A DNA stretch of 64,000 bases from Takakia lepidozioides (GCA_030704615.1 CM060732.1:39680001-39744000); one strand, 5' to 3'. Numbered from the stretch's first letter, positions 22,001 to 36,700 are shown. Numbers and translations are program-made. The notes: generated from the sequence alone by a model not told the origin.

Positions 22001-24577
22001 AAGCAGAAATTACCATTGGACAGCTATTAGCTGTGGCACCTTATTGTAGGCACAGGCTGTATCAGGCAATCAATCGAATTGCCCAAGAGACAGGAAACAC
22101 AGACCTGAACAGCAAGGTGACCAGTTATAATGTGAAGCCGGAAGGGCGAGAACCAGTCATGGACTTTGATGATTCTATGCCAGTAATCCAATTGAGAATT
22201 GGAAGCACAGAACTAACTGATGTACTGATAGATGGTGGTTCTGGAGTAAATATCATGACAGACCAATTAAGGAAGAAGCTTGGTCTAAGTAACATGAAAC
22301 CAGCCCCATTTACAGTAACAATGGCAGATCAAAGAAGTGTACAGCCATTGGGATTAATAAGAGGAGTTAAGATACAGATACAGAAAATGATCTTTATGAT
22401 CACAGTAACTGTATTAAAAATGGATGAAGTCATGGAGGCTTACTCCTTATTATTGGGACGTCCGTGGCTGAAACAGGCAGGGTATTCCATGACTGGAATT
22501 CTCAGTTACTAACTGTGCATAATGGGATGCACGAGATACAAATTACCACAAAGAAATCTAGTAGATTACCTGCTACAAGAAGACCTCGAGGAGTCAGAGA
22601 GTATGACTGGAAGGGAGGACTGGATGAGGAGCAGGAAGCTACCCTATTTGCTGCACACCCAGAATGGGAGCAGGTTGCAGAGATGCGGCTGGAAAGCCTA
22701 AGTTGTTTGAGAGGTATCTGCTGTGGTGTAGTGACAGCAACACCCAACTGAAGAAGAAACCAGCATTTACCCATCACATTTCTATGAAGAAAGAGAAGGA
22801 GAAATAGAAATCCTAGAAGAACCAGCCACTGTGAGCTTACAGGATGAAGTGGTGACCGGTTGGACAATCACAGCTGATGAGCAGGTGAGAGAAGTAAATG
22901 TGGGAACTCAGAGAACCGAGGATGGTGAAAGTAGGAGCTGATTTGGAGCCGGAATTCTTCGAAGAAGCAAAAAGCTTGTTCATCAAATACAGAGATGTAT
23001 TTGCTTGGAGCTATGAGGATCTAAAAGGGATACCACCTGAAGTCTGTCAGCATAAAATTGAACTGGAACCAGGGTCAGTACCAATCAAGCAGGCGAGGTA
23101 TAGAATGATCCCAACTACGCACAGAAGGTTGGAGAAAGAGATAAAGAAGTTGGCTGAGGCTAAGTTTATATACCCAATAGAGTATACAACTTGGTTGTCA
23201 CCCATTGTTATAGTTCCCAAGAAGAATGGCAAACTAAGAGTATGTGTGAACTATAAGAAGCTGAATGCTTGTACGAAGAAAGATCCTTTCCCTTTGCCAT
23301 TCACAGAAGCAGTATTAGACACTGTGGCAGGCCATGAGATGTACTCATTCATGGATGGCTTCAGTGGTTATAATCAAGTGCAAGTGGCAGAAGAAGACCA
23401 AGGGAAAACAGCTTTCATCACAGACTGGGGGGCTTATGCATACAAAGTCATGCCCTTTGGCTTTGTAATGCACCAGCGACCTTTCAGAGAGTGATAAGTG
23501 AATCTTTTCAAGAGTATCTGGATGATTTCATGCAGGTGTTTTTGGATGATTTCAGTGTGTACAGCTCTAAGAATGAGCACTTGCATAAATTGGAGTTATG
23601 CCTGGCCAGATGCAGGATGAGAGGTCTGGGCTTGAACCCAGAGAAGTGTACTTTCTGTGTGAACTCAGGGGTGCTTCTGGGACACATTGTGTGTAAGAAG
23701 GGACTCCTTGTGGATCCCAGGAAGACAGAGTCCATTAAAGCCTCTCCACCACCAGTGAATGTTAAGAGTTTAAGGAGATTCCTTGGGCAAACCAGTTATT
23801 ACAGAAGATTTGTCAAAAGGTATGCACAAATAGCAGCACCATTGAGCAAGCTTCTGAAGAAAGATGCAGTGTTTGCATGGACAGCTGAATGTCAACAGGC
23901 GTTTGAGGAACTTACACTGTCAGTAACAACTACACCTGTGCTGATTAACCCTCACTGGCATGTAGTATTTCATGTTCACTGCGATGCATCAGGAGAAGCG
24001 TTGGGAGCGGTGTTAGCCCAGAATGTTACAGGGAATATAGATTCACCTGTGTACTATGCTAGCTGTTGATGAACAGTGCTGAGAGGAACTATAGCACAAC
24101 GGAAAGAGAAGCATTGGCAATGATCTATGCAGTGAAGAAATTCAGGCATTACCTATTGGGAAGAAAGTTTATGTTTTATGTGGATCACCAGGCTCTGATA
24201 TATCTGGTGAACAAACCTTTGATAAGTGGAAGGATAGCGAGGTGGTTAATAATCTTGCATGAGTTTGAGTTCGAGGTTATTACAAGCCTGGCCGTTTGCA
24301 TCTTGTGGCAGATCATTTGTCACGACTAACAACAGGAGAGGCCGCCACAGGAGTGGACGATCAGTTACCTGATGCGAGTTTATTTGTAATGGAGGTGCAA
24401 GGAAGTGCAGATGAATGGTTAGATTGGCAGTGGCAATCAGATACTACCTTGTTCATGGTCAGTGCCCACCTAGTTATGGTAAGGAGGCAGAGGAAGAGAA
24501 TTGCTATCAAAGCTTTACCTTATTACTATCGGTAGGAAGCAGAAGTATAAGTTAGGACCTGATGGAGTACTAAAAAC

Positions 24578-25077
24578 NNNNNNNNNNNNNNNNNNNNNNN
24601 NNNNNNNNNNNNNNNNNNNNNNNNNNNNNNNNNNNNNNNNNNNNNNNNNNNNNNNNNNNNNNNNNNNNNNNNNNNNNNNNNNNNNNNNNNNNNNNNNNNN
24701 NNNNNNNNNNNNNNNNNNNNNNNNNNNNNNNNNNNNNNNNNNNNNNNNNNNNNNNNNNNNNNNNNNNNNNNNNNNNNNNNNNNNNNNNNNNNNNNNNNNN
24801 NNNNNNNNNNNNNNNNNNNNNNNNNNNNNNNNNNNNNNNNNNNNNNNNNNNNNNNNNNNNNNNNNNNNNNNNNNNNNNNNNNNNNNNNNNNNNNNNNNNN
24901 NNNNNNNNNNNNNNNNNNNNNNNNNNNNNNNNNNNNNNNNNNNNNNNNNNNNNNNNNNNNNNNNNNNNNNNNNNNNNNNNNNNNNNNNNNNNNNNNNNNN
25001 NNNNNNNNNNNNNNNNNNNNNNNNNNNNNNNNNNNNNNNNNNNNNNNNNNNNNNNNNNNNNNNNNNNNNNNNNNNNN
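24578..25077. other. Assembly gap (500 N)
   Basis: Direct read; the round size suggests a scaffolding placeholder. Confidence 1.
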
Positions 25078-26212
25078 GTCGCGCGGCTTTTACTCACCCA
25101 TCCCTTCGCTATCCGAGGCGGAAACTCCAAGATAGAAGAGTTGGAAATCTCTAAGTACTCAGCCCGCGCAGAACAATCAGTCATGACCTACAGCTAGTGT
25201 ATCATGGGGGTGTTTCCTATTTGTTTCCCTTTCCGCATTCATCTTAGCTACCTTACCATTGATAATTAAGTATCAGTTTGCTTCATCAATCTATCGGTTT
25301 CCTTCACTCATCCATTCATCCACAGCTTCACTCAGATCTCTCTACACAGTGTGATTGTATCGTATAAGTATCAGATTATGATTTATCAGGTATCAGGCCG
25401 AAGCCATTATGTCTCTAATCTGCTCTCCAATATCACTACAGCTTTGCATATAACAAGCATCTACTAATCATCTTTCTCCTTCATCGTGCTCTCCATCTCT
25501 TGCTTCCGATCTCCGCTCCAGCCTGACTAGAAGTCCTCCTCCGAATGATGTCTTCAATTCCCCCGTTTTCCCCCTTTATTTCCTATCCGCGGTTCTAACC
25601 GTTTCCTCACTAACCGTGTCTGTGAACTAACATGTTCCCTTCGCAGGTGTTGTTCCCCACAGTCGTTCCCTGTCCTACTCTTCGTTCCCTATGATCGTGA
25701 CAGCTGTGTCAAGCTGTGACTGGCTGTGTGAAACTGTGACGGCTGTGACTGTGCGACTGTGTTTGGCTGTGTCGGGCTGTGACTGGCTGTGTGGCTGTGC
25801 TGGCTGTGTCGGCTGTGTCGGCTGTGTCTGCTGTGACGCTGTGACGGGCTGTGTTGGCTGTGACGACTGTGACTGGCTGTGTGGCTGTGGGGCTGTGTCG
25901 GCTGTCTGTGACTGTGACGGGCTGTGTTGGCTGTGTGGCTGTGACGACTGTGACGGGCTGTGTTGGCTGTGACGACTGTGACTGGCTGTGTGGCTGTGCC
26001 GGGCTGTGTCGGCTGTGTCGGCTGTGTCTGCTGTGACGACTGTGACGGGCTGTGTAACCCCCTCTACAGTGCGCTGCTGTCACCCCTAAGGCTCCTGTTG
26101 GTCTCAGTCTGTGCAAAAATTAAGGGTACCCTACAGATCCCGTATAAGTGTCTAAGTCCCCTACAGTCCTCTAACATTACCCCTTCCCCCTCAAAAAGCC
26201 GTGTCCTCACGG

Positions 26213-29200
26213 TTTACTGTTTCCGAGTAGCAAACCTTTGTGAGTGAGCACCTTGTTGACGTTGAGAGTTTCGTGGCGGGCTGTGTGTACGAGCCCGAGG
26301 TCTGTCTCTGGTTGACGGAGATGGTTGATCACTACCTGGATAAGTGAGGCCCTCTGGAGGCTGATATCGAGGTAATCTTTCCGGCATAGGAGATCCCCTT
26401 TGTTTCTTCTTCTCTCCATCTGAATTGCATAGTCTTCTCCCATGTCAAAAGAATTCGTGAAGAAACAGTTGTATCAGAATCCTCATCGCCTCTCAGGTGT
26501 TTTAATTTTCGAACTTTTTGTGGAATCATCTGGGGCATACAATGCTGTCCTACCATGTCTGGAAGTTTGTATTTTACAACTGGTGTAACCGCTGAACAGC
26601 AAAATTGGTGTAGACACTGAGCTCCTTGTCTGTCCAGATGAGTGGGGTACCAATTACTGGTGCAGCGTGCAAGTATTTCCATGCCACATGTCCCTTATAG
26701 AAAATGTCATCAAGTCCGAATTTCTGTGTTGACAATGGTTGCAGGCTGCTTGAAACCATGAACGAATTTGAGAATCCTTTTGCATCATAACTTTTGGTCA
26801 TATAGGTACATATGAGGTGGCACCGAAGGTAATACCCAATGATCTCCACTGGAATAACTTTGAAAGCGTGTTGCATCTTTTGTTGCTCAATGTGGTAACG
26901 TACCAGAAAACAAGCAGCGTAGTATAACCCGCACCCCATGACAATACTTGCTATCTCCTTGGTCTTGGTATAAATGAGTCCATGTACAACCTGGAAAGCA
27001 ATCAATTCCCTCAACATGGTACCTGCCTCGTGCCAGTATTGTGCAAAGTGATGATCTTCAATATGTCGATTGTTTGGAAGAACTTTAGTCCTAGTTGCCA
27101 CTGGCAGCCAAATACGCATGATTTGGTAGTAATGTGCGAATGACTGCGGAGGACTAAATTCTTTCCAAGCCAAATCCAACATGATGGGAATTTGGTTGAA
27201 GGGCATAATCATAGCCCTACTGTACTCCCTGGCAGCTGGAGTTTTAGGTGGGTTAAAAGCGGCATTGCCCCATACCTCCGGCTGTGGTGTGGGTTTGTAG
27301 TAACCACAGGTTCAGCTACTGGTACATGACCTGTTGTGGTGGTGGTGGTACTGGCTCCTGTATCATTGGCATCTCCTGCACCTCCTGTGAAGACTGAAAA
27401 GCCAAAGTTCTGGCTTGTAAATAAGAAGCCATTAGCTGTTCCTGAGGGATATAGACTCTTTGGTCGATGTTTGAAGTGAGGTCTTCCACTTGAGTCTGGA
27501 GTCCGTCTACATCCTCTTGTAACTCTGCTATCCTACTATAGACATTGTCTATAGTAGTTGTGGCAATGTTCTGCACCTGCAGTCTGAGCTCATTCATCTC
27601 GCTTTGGGTGAGCTTCCGTGGTGCTTTGCCCTCTACTGGCCCTTGTGCTAACCAGACCTGCATAAGGCTGTTATCCACCAAGTTGCTTGTGGTTCCCCTG
27701 AGAGTTTGCTCCTCTCTTAGCTTGTACAATTCCAACTGCTGTTGTAAAGCCTCCATGCGCTTCGCCTGAGGTTCAACCAATTGCGCATAGGCAGCAAGTA
27801 GATTATTGGCTTCCTTCCAAGCCTTGTTATTGACCGACCGCGATTTCATTTCTATTGGCCATGATGGTTTGTTGCAACTCCACGATGTGCTTCTCTTGAT
27901 CAGCTTCAATCTGCCTGTATTGCTTGAAAGTATCTTCATTGCGACAGATTGTATTCTTCATATCGACAATGAGCTTCATTTGCTCAACATTCTCTTCTTC
28001 TGCCTTCGTACATTTTTCCGCTTGACTGTTTATTTCTTTTGTTGATTGGTCAAGCATAGTTGTAAATGTAGCACATTGTATCGCCATCCTGTTATGCACT
28101 GTCTGCAACTCCGTATGTAGTGCATTCAGTTCTTGCAACTTGCTTTCATGCTGCACCTGCATTTGGTATAGCTGTTGCTTATGTGCTTCGTGCAACTGGT
28201 CTTGCGCGAGGCCTGCCTCAATCAATTGTTGCTTGGCCAATTGCAAAGCCATTTCTGTATTTCCCAAGTCCTGCTTCATCTTGAGAGTGACCTCTTCATC
28301 GACCTTGTTTGCACACTCAGTGGCAAGTCGAGCCTCAAACTCCTTCCTGAGTTCCTCTTTCAAGGCTGTCAATTGGGTAATTGGAACATGGGATTTGACA
28401 TAAGTCCCCAACAAATTAAGTGTCCTGCCTATGGAACTCATCAGCATTGCCTGTTGAGGGTCATCATGAGGTTGCTGCTGTTCCTCCGATCTTCAACAGT
28501 GTGATGTCTCACTAACCATTCAGGCCATTGTCCCACCGGATTTTCTTCCTGAACTACTTCATCTATCACCGGTGCTACAGTGTCATGACCTTCCGCCTGT
28601 GGTACCTCCGACACAGGTGTGTGTGTACCCTCAGGATTCCCTTGGGCAACTGTTGCACCTCTGGGATTTCTGTCTCCTTGACCAGACCAGAATATTCATA
28701 GAGAAGGTCCCCCTTCTCTATTTCTGCCACTATCTGTTCTGTAGTTGGAATATCTAACCCTTCACTTTCCAAATCAATTATTCTGGTTGAGCTGCATGGA
28801 TAACTTGTGACCTTGTGACAAGTCGTTCAAGTGGCTGTGATGGTTGTGATGCAGAAGTAACTTCCTCCTCCCTCTCTGAAGGTCCTGCTTCCAGTAATAA
28901 CATTCTTTTGCTGCTGTGCCCCTTCCTGGTCATGAGCTTGGGAAACATTATCATGCGGAATCCGTGAAGCCAGTGGATCCGCCACTACAGTCTTTCCCCT
29001 TCTCTGCCTCTTAGTCTCGGGTTGTGCTGCTAGTCCACCCTCACTGTGTGAAGAGCCTTGCTCTTCCATTGCAGTTGTTTCTGGCTCAAACACTCCCATT
29101 TCCTTCCTTTCTTGTGCATTAAGTATGCCAGAATTAAGGATTATTTGAGCAATGATTGGGCCAGACACAGACACTATGATAGGAGACTTTGCGGTAGTAC

Positions 29201-30378
29201 CTTGTAATCTTTTCATCTCCTCTACCAGTGCGTTGTACATTATGTCCGCCCATTGTACCTCTTGTCCCTTCAGGCCTTTGAGTATTTCCTCTGTGAAGGA
29301 TCTGCTCAAATATTGTTGGTTCTGTTTCAGGGCAATCAGAACGTTCAATACCTGGCCTATCTCTTTTAACCCTGGGTACACAGCTTTGGTACAAGCATAA
29401 CCCTGAGTTTTAAAGAAACTCCCTTCTTGGAATAAGTCCCCTATTTGCAGTCTTGCCCTGTGTTCCCCCACATGCACATGACCTGCTGGCAATCGAAACA
29501 ATTGCTGGAGGTATAGGGGAGTAATCATTAATTCAACTCCCTTCACCGTTGTTGTTCCTGTCCTTGGCTCAAAGTTCTGCAAAAATTGTAACATGTACTG
29601 TCTATGGTGTAGTGTCCAATCTAGGCTTTGCAATCCTTCCAATCTCAGCTCCTCCAGTATCTTTATCGCCTGTGGGGTAGCCATCGTTTGTTTCTGCAGA
29701 ATTGTGGTGCTCTTCACCCTGATTTCCTCCATTCCTCTCACTCTCTTCATCTTAGACTCACAGAACTGCTTTGGCTGTAACAACTGCAGGAATGCCTGTA
29801 GTGCACAAAGCATAAACGTATGGTTGCCGCAGAAAGCTATGGGTAATCTCTTGTAAGCCTGCGGGGCTTGCAAGCATTGCTCAAGAGAAAAGCTCTGCTC
29901 TGTCGTTTCGTGTCTATGCCACTGCGTAAGTAATATTGCGAGCGTATAGTCTGTTAGTTCCTCCATAGTTTCCAAGTTATAGCATTTATGGCCTGTCCTG
30001 TCGAGACGCCCGTTACTCAGAACGACGCCGCCTCTTGCGCTCAATTTCCCCATTTTCTTGATCATTTCTCTGGTTTTCTATTGGCTGTATCCGCTGTGAC
30101 TGGATTTTAACTTTTATCTTCTTTAGTGGACTTTCCCTGTTGGATAGTCCACTAGGATCACACATGCGACATGAATTCGGCTTTTCTGTACTTGCCGTTC
30201 GTTCCGTTTCCCTTTTTCCGTATTCATTAATGGGCCCGCCTTTCATCCTTTTGACGGCCGTTCTTGTCCTCTTTCTTTTTGACACCTGTCCTTGCACTTC
30301 ATTCTCTGCTGTGTGTCGCACCCTGACCTCCACGTGTCTATTTTTAAAGTAATTTCCGTTTCTTCTTCCTTCAGCCAT
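26213..30378 (-). pseudogene. Extra 3' ORF (env position) of copy 2, >1200 codons, frameshifted
   Basis: ORF fragments 30013-30378, 28827-30065, 27827-28447, 27316-27939, 26574-27212 and 26207-26443 are collinear with copy 3 fragments; ends just before the PPT. Confidence 0.8.
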
Positions 30379-30436
30379 TTTCCTGAAGTTTTTATGTGTC
30401 CACTTGTCACTGATTCTATGGATCGTGTAACTTTAG

Positions 30437-30710
30437 TAGGCTGTGTTGAGCTGTGACAGGCTGTGTCATACTGTGTTACGCTGTGATAGGCTGTGATGTA
30501 CTGTGGTAAGCTGTGATAGGCTGTGACACGCTGTGGTAGGTTGTGATAGGCTGTGTTGCACCTTGCTGGGCTGTGATAGGCTGTGTGCGCCTTGCTGGGC
30601 TGTGATAGGCTGTGTCACGTCGTGATGGGCTGTGATAGGCTGTGTTGCGCCTTGATGGGCTGTGATAGGCTGTGTTGCGCCTTGATGGGCTGTGATAGGC
30701 TGTGTCACGT
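30437..30710. repeat. 30-bp tandem array between pol and the 3' ORF (copy 2)
   Basis: Unit ~GGGCTGTGATAGGCTGTGTTGCGCCTTGAT repeated about 8 times; a shorter version is at 53327-53430 in copy 3. Confidence 0.9.
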
Positions 30711-30799
30711 TTGTTTTGCCCACCCTGGTCATATATGCTGGGCCTAGCGACAAGTGTTCCATACTCCGTTCGTAACACTGGTGCAGCCCGTGACTGCTG

Positions 30800-33700
30800 T
30801 TGCGGCTTCAACATGCAATCATGCTGCAAGGGTTTGTCATGGATACAACTGTACCCCTTCAACTTATTTGCATTACTCTTCCCAGCATTTCTTTGTTAAT
30901 GGTTTGTAACATGGCGGTGTTGTTATCATACATCTTTGTATGACATAAGGTCCTTTCCATGGTGATTTAAGCTTAGAAGCTTGAATCTTTCCTTTCTTCT
31001 GCAACCATAGAACCAAATCCCCCGTCTTAAAAGTCTTTAACTTGCCTTCATCAAACTGTTCCTTTCGCTTCATCTGAATTCTTGTCATATTATCAGCTGC
31101 ATCAGCACGTACTTCTTCCACATGGTATAATTCATGTTTCCTGACCTTGATGGAGTCTTGCAATTCCATTCTTTTCCCCACTCCGTTCTCATGGTAGGTA
31201 ACAGAATTCCACTGGAAGTAAGGCTTCCATACCATAAACTAATTGGAATGGTGTATACTTAGTGGTGACTTTATATGAAGTCCTGTATGACCACAAAGCT
31301 GTCAGCAGCTTTGTATCCCAATCCGTTCTGTTTGCATTGACTATCTTAGCCAAGATAGTACATAGTATTTTGTTGGTAGCCTCTGCCTGCCCATTACCCT
31401 GTGGGTAATATGTTGTACTCTTTCTATGCACAATCATAAACTCTTTAGTCAACAACTCAATGGTCTCATTCATGAAGTGACTTCCTTGATCACTGATAAA
31501 TTCTAAGGGACATCCAAATCGTGTAAGTATGTTCTCGTACAGGAACCTTGCTGTGGACTTGGCTGTGTTGTCCCTCAAAGCTTTAGCTTCCACCCATTTG
31601 TAGTATAATCAGTGGCTGTAATTATGTACCTGTTTCGTGTATTCTTGGATGGTGGGTTAATTGGTCCAACAAAGTCTAGTCCCCATTTCTGAAATGGTTC
31701 CGTAGGCATTGTAGGATGCAAAGCCATCCTTCCAGTTCTCTGCAAAGGTCCTAACCTCTGACATTCATCACACTTCTGACAATACTCGTGTACATCTTTG
31801 AACAAAGTAGGCCACCAGTATCCTGCGAGTAGTATCTTTCTACTGGTAGTCTCTTCTCCAAAATGACCTCCAGCCACTCCTTTATGAACTTCCGCCAAAA
31901 CTTTATTTACTTCATGGTGGTACAAGCATCGTTTTAGTACTCCATCTGGTCCTAACTTATACATTCTACTTCCTACCATAGTATAAGGTAAAGCTTTGAT
32001 AGCGATTCTCTTCCTCTGCTCCTTACCATAACTAGGTGGGCACTGACCATGAGCAAGGTAGTATCTGATTGGCCACTGCCAATCTAACCATTCATCTGCA
32101 CTTCCTTGCACCTCCATTACAAATAAACTCGCATCAGGTAACTGATCGTCCACTTCTGTGGCGGCCTCTCCTGTTGTTAGTCGTGACAAATGATCTGCCA
32201 CAAGATGCAAACGGCCAGGCTTGTAAATAACCTCGAACTCAAACTCATGCAAGATTATTAACCACCTCGCTATCCTTCCACTTATCAAAGGTTTGTTCAC
32301 CAGATATATCAAAGCCTGGTGATCCACATAAAACATAAACTTCTTGCCCAACAGGTAATGCCTGAATTTCTTCACTGCATAGATCATTGCCAATGCTTCT
32401 CTTTCAGTTGTGCTATAGTTCCTTCAGCACTGTTCATCAACCTGCTAGCATAGTACACAGGTGAATCTATATTTCCTGTAACATTTTGGGCTAACACCGC
32501 TCCCAACGCTTCTCCTGATGCATCGCAGTGAACATGAAATACTACATGCCAGTGAGGGTTAATCAGCACAGGTGTAGTTGTTACTGACAGTGTAAGTTCC
32601 TCAAACGCCTGTTGACATTCAGCTGTCCAGGCAAACACTGCATCTTTTCTTCAGAAGCTTGCTCAATGGTGCTGCTATTTGTGCATACCTTTTGACAAAT
32701 CTTCTGTAATAACTGGTTTGCCCAAGGAATCTCCTTAAACTCTTAACATTCACTGGTGGTGGAGAGACTTTAATGGACTCTGTCTTCCTGGGATCCACAA
32801 GAAGTCCCTTCTTACACACAATGTGTCCCAGAAGCACCCCTGAGTTCACACAAAAGTACACTTCTCTGGATTCAAGCCCAGACCTCTCATCCTGCATCTG
32901 GCCAGGCATAACTCCAATTTATGCAAGTGCTCATTCTTAGAGCTGTACACACTGAAATCATCCAAAAACACCTGCATGAAATCATCCAGATACTCATGAA
33001 AAGATTCACTTATCACTCTCTGAAAGGTCGCTGGTGCATTACAAAGTCCAAAGGGCATGACTTTGTATGCATAAGCCCCCAGTCTGTGATGAAAGCTGTT
33101 TTCTTGGTCTTCTTCTGCCACTTGCACTTGATTATAACCACTGAAGCCATCCATGAATGAGTACATCTCATGGCCTGCCACAGTGTCTAATACTGCTTCT
33201 GTGAACGGCAAAGGGAAAGGATCTTTCTTCGTACAAGCATTCAGCTTCTTATAGTTCACACATACTCTTAGTTTGCCATTCTTCTTGGGAACTATAACAA
33301 TGGGTGACAACCAAGTTGTATACTCTATTGGGTATATAAACTTAGCCTCAGCCAACTTCTTTATCTCTTCTCCAACCTTCTGTGTAGTTGGGATTCATTC
33401 TATACCTCGCCTGCTTGATTGGTACTGACCCTGGTTCCAGTTCAATCTTATGCTGACAGACTTCAGGTGGTATCCCTTTTAGATCCTCATAGCTCCAAGC
33501 AAATACATCTCTGTATTTGATGAACAAGCTTTTAGCTTCTTCGAAGAATTCCGGCTCCAAATCAGCTCCTACTTTCACCATCCTCGGTTCCTCTTTAGTT
33601 CCCACATTTACTTCTCTCACCTGCTCATCAGCTGTGATTGTCCAACCAGTCACCACTTCATCCTGTAAGCTCACAGTGGCTGGTTCTTCTAGGATTTCTA

Positions 33701-36700
33701 TGCTCCTTCTCTTTCTTCATAGAAATGTGATGGGTAAATGCTGGTTTTCTTCGTTGGTGTTACTGTCACTACACCACAGCAAATACCTCTCAAACAACTT
33801 AGGCTTTCCAGCCGCATCTCTGCAACCTGCTCCCACTCTGGGTGTGCAGCAAATAGGGTAGCTTCCTGCTCCTCATCCAGTCCTCCTCTCCAGTCATACT
33901 CTCTGACTCCCCGAGGTCTTCTTGTAGCAGGTAATCTACTAGATTTCTTTGTGGTAATTTGTATCTCGTGTATCCCATTATGCACAGTTAGTAACTGAGA
34001 ATTCCAGTCATGGAATACCCTGGCCTGTTTCAGCCACGGACGTCCCAATAATAAGGAGTAAGCCTCCATGACTTCATCCATTTTTAATACAGTTACTGTG
34101 ATCATAAAGATCATTTTCTGTATCTGTATCTTAACTCCTCTTATTAATCCCAATGGCTGTACACTTCTTTGATCTGCCATTGTTACTGTAAATGGGGCTG
34201 GTTTCATGTTATTAGACCAAGCTTCTTCCTTAATTGGTCTGTCATGATATTTACTCCAGAACCACCATCTATCAGTACATCAGTTAGTTCTGTGCTTCCA
34301 ATTCTCAATTGGATTACTAGCATAGAATCATCAAAGTCCATGACTGGTTCTCGCCCTTCCGGCTTCACATTATAACTGGTCACCTTGCTGTTCAGGTCTG
34401 TGTTTCTGTCCTTGGGCAATTCGATTGATTGCTTGATACAGCCTGTGCCTACAATAAGGTGCCACAGCTAATAGCTGTCCAATGGTAATTTCTGCTTTGG
34501 TCTGACATATTACTTCAGCCAAAGTCTCTTCATTACTTTGCATGTCTGCATCTTCTTTTTTCCTTTCTTCCTCACTCCCTTCTTTTTCTCCATCCGAATC
34601 AGAGGAATCTGCCACAGGAATATCCGTACTCTTTTGCATTTCCCTTATAGTATCTGCCACTTCCTTGTGCAGTTCCTTCTCATCTTTCCAAGTCTCTTCA
34701 TCTTCAGGCATATCATTGCCGCTTCCATTCTCATCTTCTTCCTCTTCTACTGGAGGTATTAGTTTGGCTTTACTTCTTGTTACTATCATTGTACTTACTT
34801 CTGGTACAACACATGGCCTAACCATGTGAGCTGCCACCACTGGGCCCTCATTCACAGGAGCTCTCATCTCATTTTGGTGTCTTATCCAGAATGAACAGGC
34901 TGCCTTGCGATGTCCTGGCTGATTACAATAGTAACATAGCTCTTCACCATTGGGTCCTCGCCCTTGGTCTGTTCTTGGATTATTTCTATAATCCTGATTC
35001 CCGGGCTGGTAATTCCCCCTTGGGTTACCCTGATAGTTGCCTCTGGAATTTCCTTGGTAATTCCCTCTTGAATTACCTCTCCCTTCCATGCCATTGTTAT
35101 AACCACCAGACCTACCATAGTGGTCCTGATCATTGTTTCTTCTTGGCTGGGGCTGCACCTGATGCACCCTTACTTGCCTAGGTTCTCTTGCAGTTGTCCT
35201 TCTGTTGTAGTAACAATTCTCAGTAGAATGGTTAGCCATTTTACAGATAGTACAGTGTTTCTCCTTCATGTGGCATTCTGTGGTGGTATGGCCTTCATTC
35301 TGGCACTTTGCACACCATACACCCTTCCTCCAATGTGTTGCAGCCTCTGTGGCATACTTCTTCAAGATTTCTTCCAATTTTTTTCATAGTTATCCCTCTT
35401 CAACTTCTCCTTTCTCTTACTCTTTCTTTTTAGTTCTTGCTCTTCTTCTTCATCTGACTCATCCTCAGAGTCCTCATCTTCTTTTTTCTCTCTCCTGAGC
35501 ATTCCCAATTGCTCAATTCTGTTCGCAGTTTCAAATGCCTCCTCCACTGTATTATGGGGTAACATATCCACTTTCTTTTGCAACTCTGGTCTTAGTCCAT
35601 CACAAACCAAGTCTTCTGTAAACCGGGCGCTGGTACTGCAGCCAGCTTTTTCATCATCAATTCCATCTTCTCCATATACTCTTCAACAGTTTCATGCTTC
35701 TTCTGCTTCAGCTGTTGTAAACTTCCATACACTTCATCCTCAGTTTTACTTGTCCTGAACCTATTTTGAAATGCTGTATTCAAGCCATTCCAGGTTAGGA
35801 AATGATTATCAGGGAATCTTGCATACCATTCACTTGCTTTCTTGATAAGTGAACAAGGAAACAGTCTCATCTTGGCATCATCGCCATTCTCATTGTTCAC
35901 TATACACATGTGCTCAAATTGGCTAATGTGTACATCGGGATCCCCTTTTCCTGAATATATTGGAAAGGGTGGTTTTGCCCGTGTTGGTTGTAACGCCATC
36001 TGTGGCCCTACCTTCTGCCCACTGACAGGTGCTGGCACCCTTGCTGGTGCTGGTCCTTCTGGACCTGTTGTTTTGTGGTGGATCTTCCACCAAGTGGTGG
36101 CCCTTGAGCACTCCTTGCTTCTGGCCCCACGATATTCACAGTATTCCCAGCTTCAGTTGCACTACTTCCCACACTCCCTGTCCCCCAGAGCCAGATCCAG
36201 GCAGCCCGCCTGATCCCCCTGAGCCGACACCTTCGTTGGCCTGCGATCCAAGTGCTCCACTTGATCCAGGTCCAACGGGTTGGGATGTCCTGGTTGTAGT
36301 CTCAACCTCAGCTGTTGGGTCTACTTCTTCATATTCTTCCTCTTCCAATTTCTTCTCTCTGTTTTCATCCTCCAAGTTCTGCCCTTGGGTTTCTTCTTCA
36401 CTCATGTAACTCAACTGTAATGGTGTTGGAGAGTTTGAACTCTCCGTTGGCTCTGCCACATCCTCTTCTCCTTCTTCACCCTCTGCTTCAGAAACTGGAG
36501 TTCCTGCTTTTGGTGTTCCATGCCAACTCTTATCAAAGATTTCTGTCAAATCTTTTATCCAAGGATGTACCTCAGATCTTTCACCTCGTGATTGATCTTC
36601 TTTCTGTACCAATTCCTTAATCTTTCTTGCAAAGAAACAGAAGGAGTGGCATCCAACTCTAGTTCTTCCGGTATAGGTGATGCACTCTTTGATCTTGATG

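Larger units (their letters stand above)
17969..24577 (+). mobile_element. Ty3/gypsy LTR retrotransposon copy 1 (5' part, cut by the assembly gap)
   Basis: LTR TG..CA 17969-19059, PBS 19062-19079, extra 5' ORF from 18952, gag from 19673 (three CCHC knuckles), protease VLIDGGSGVNI, RT (MDGFSGY, FLDD), RNase H (HCDAS, EREALA); frameshifted. Confidence 0.95.

Noticed and set aside
24501-25184. ORFs spanning the N run
   Set aside because: Artefacts of the assembly gap.
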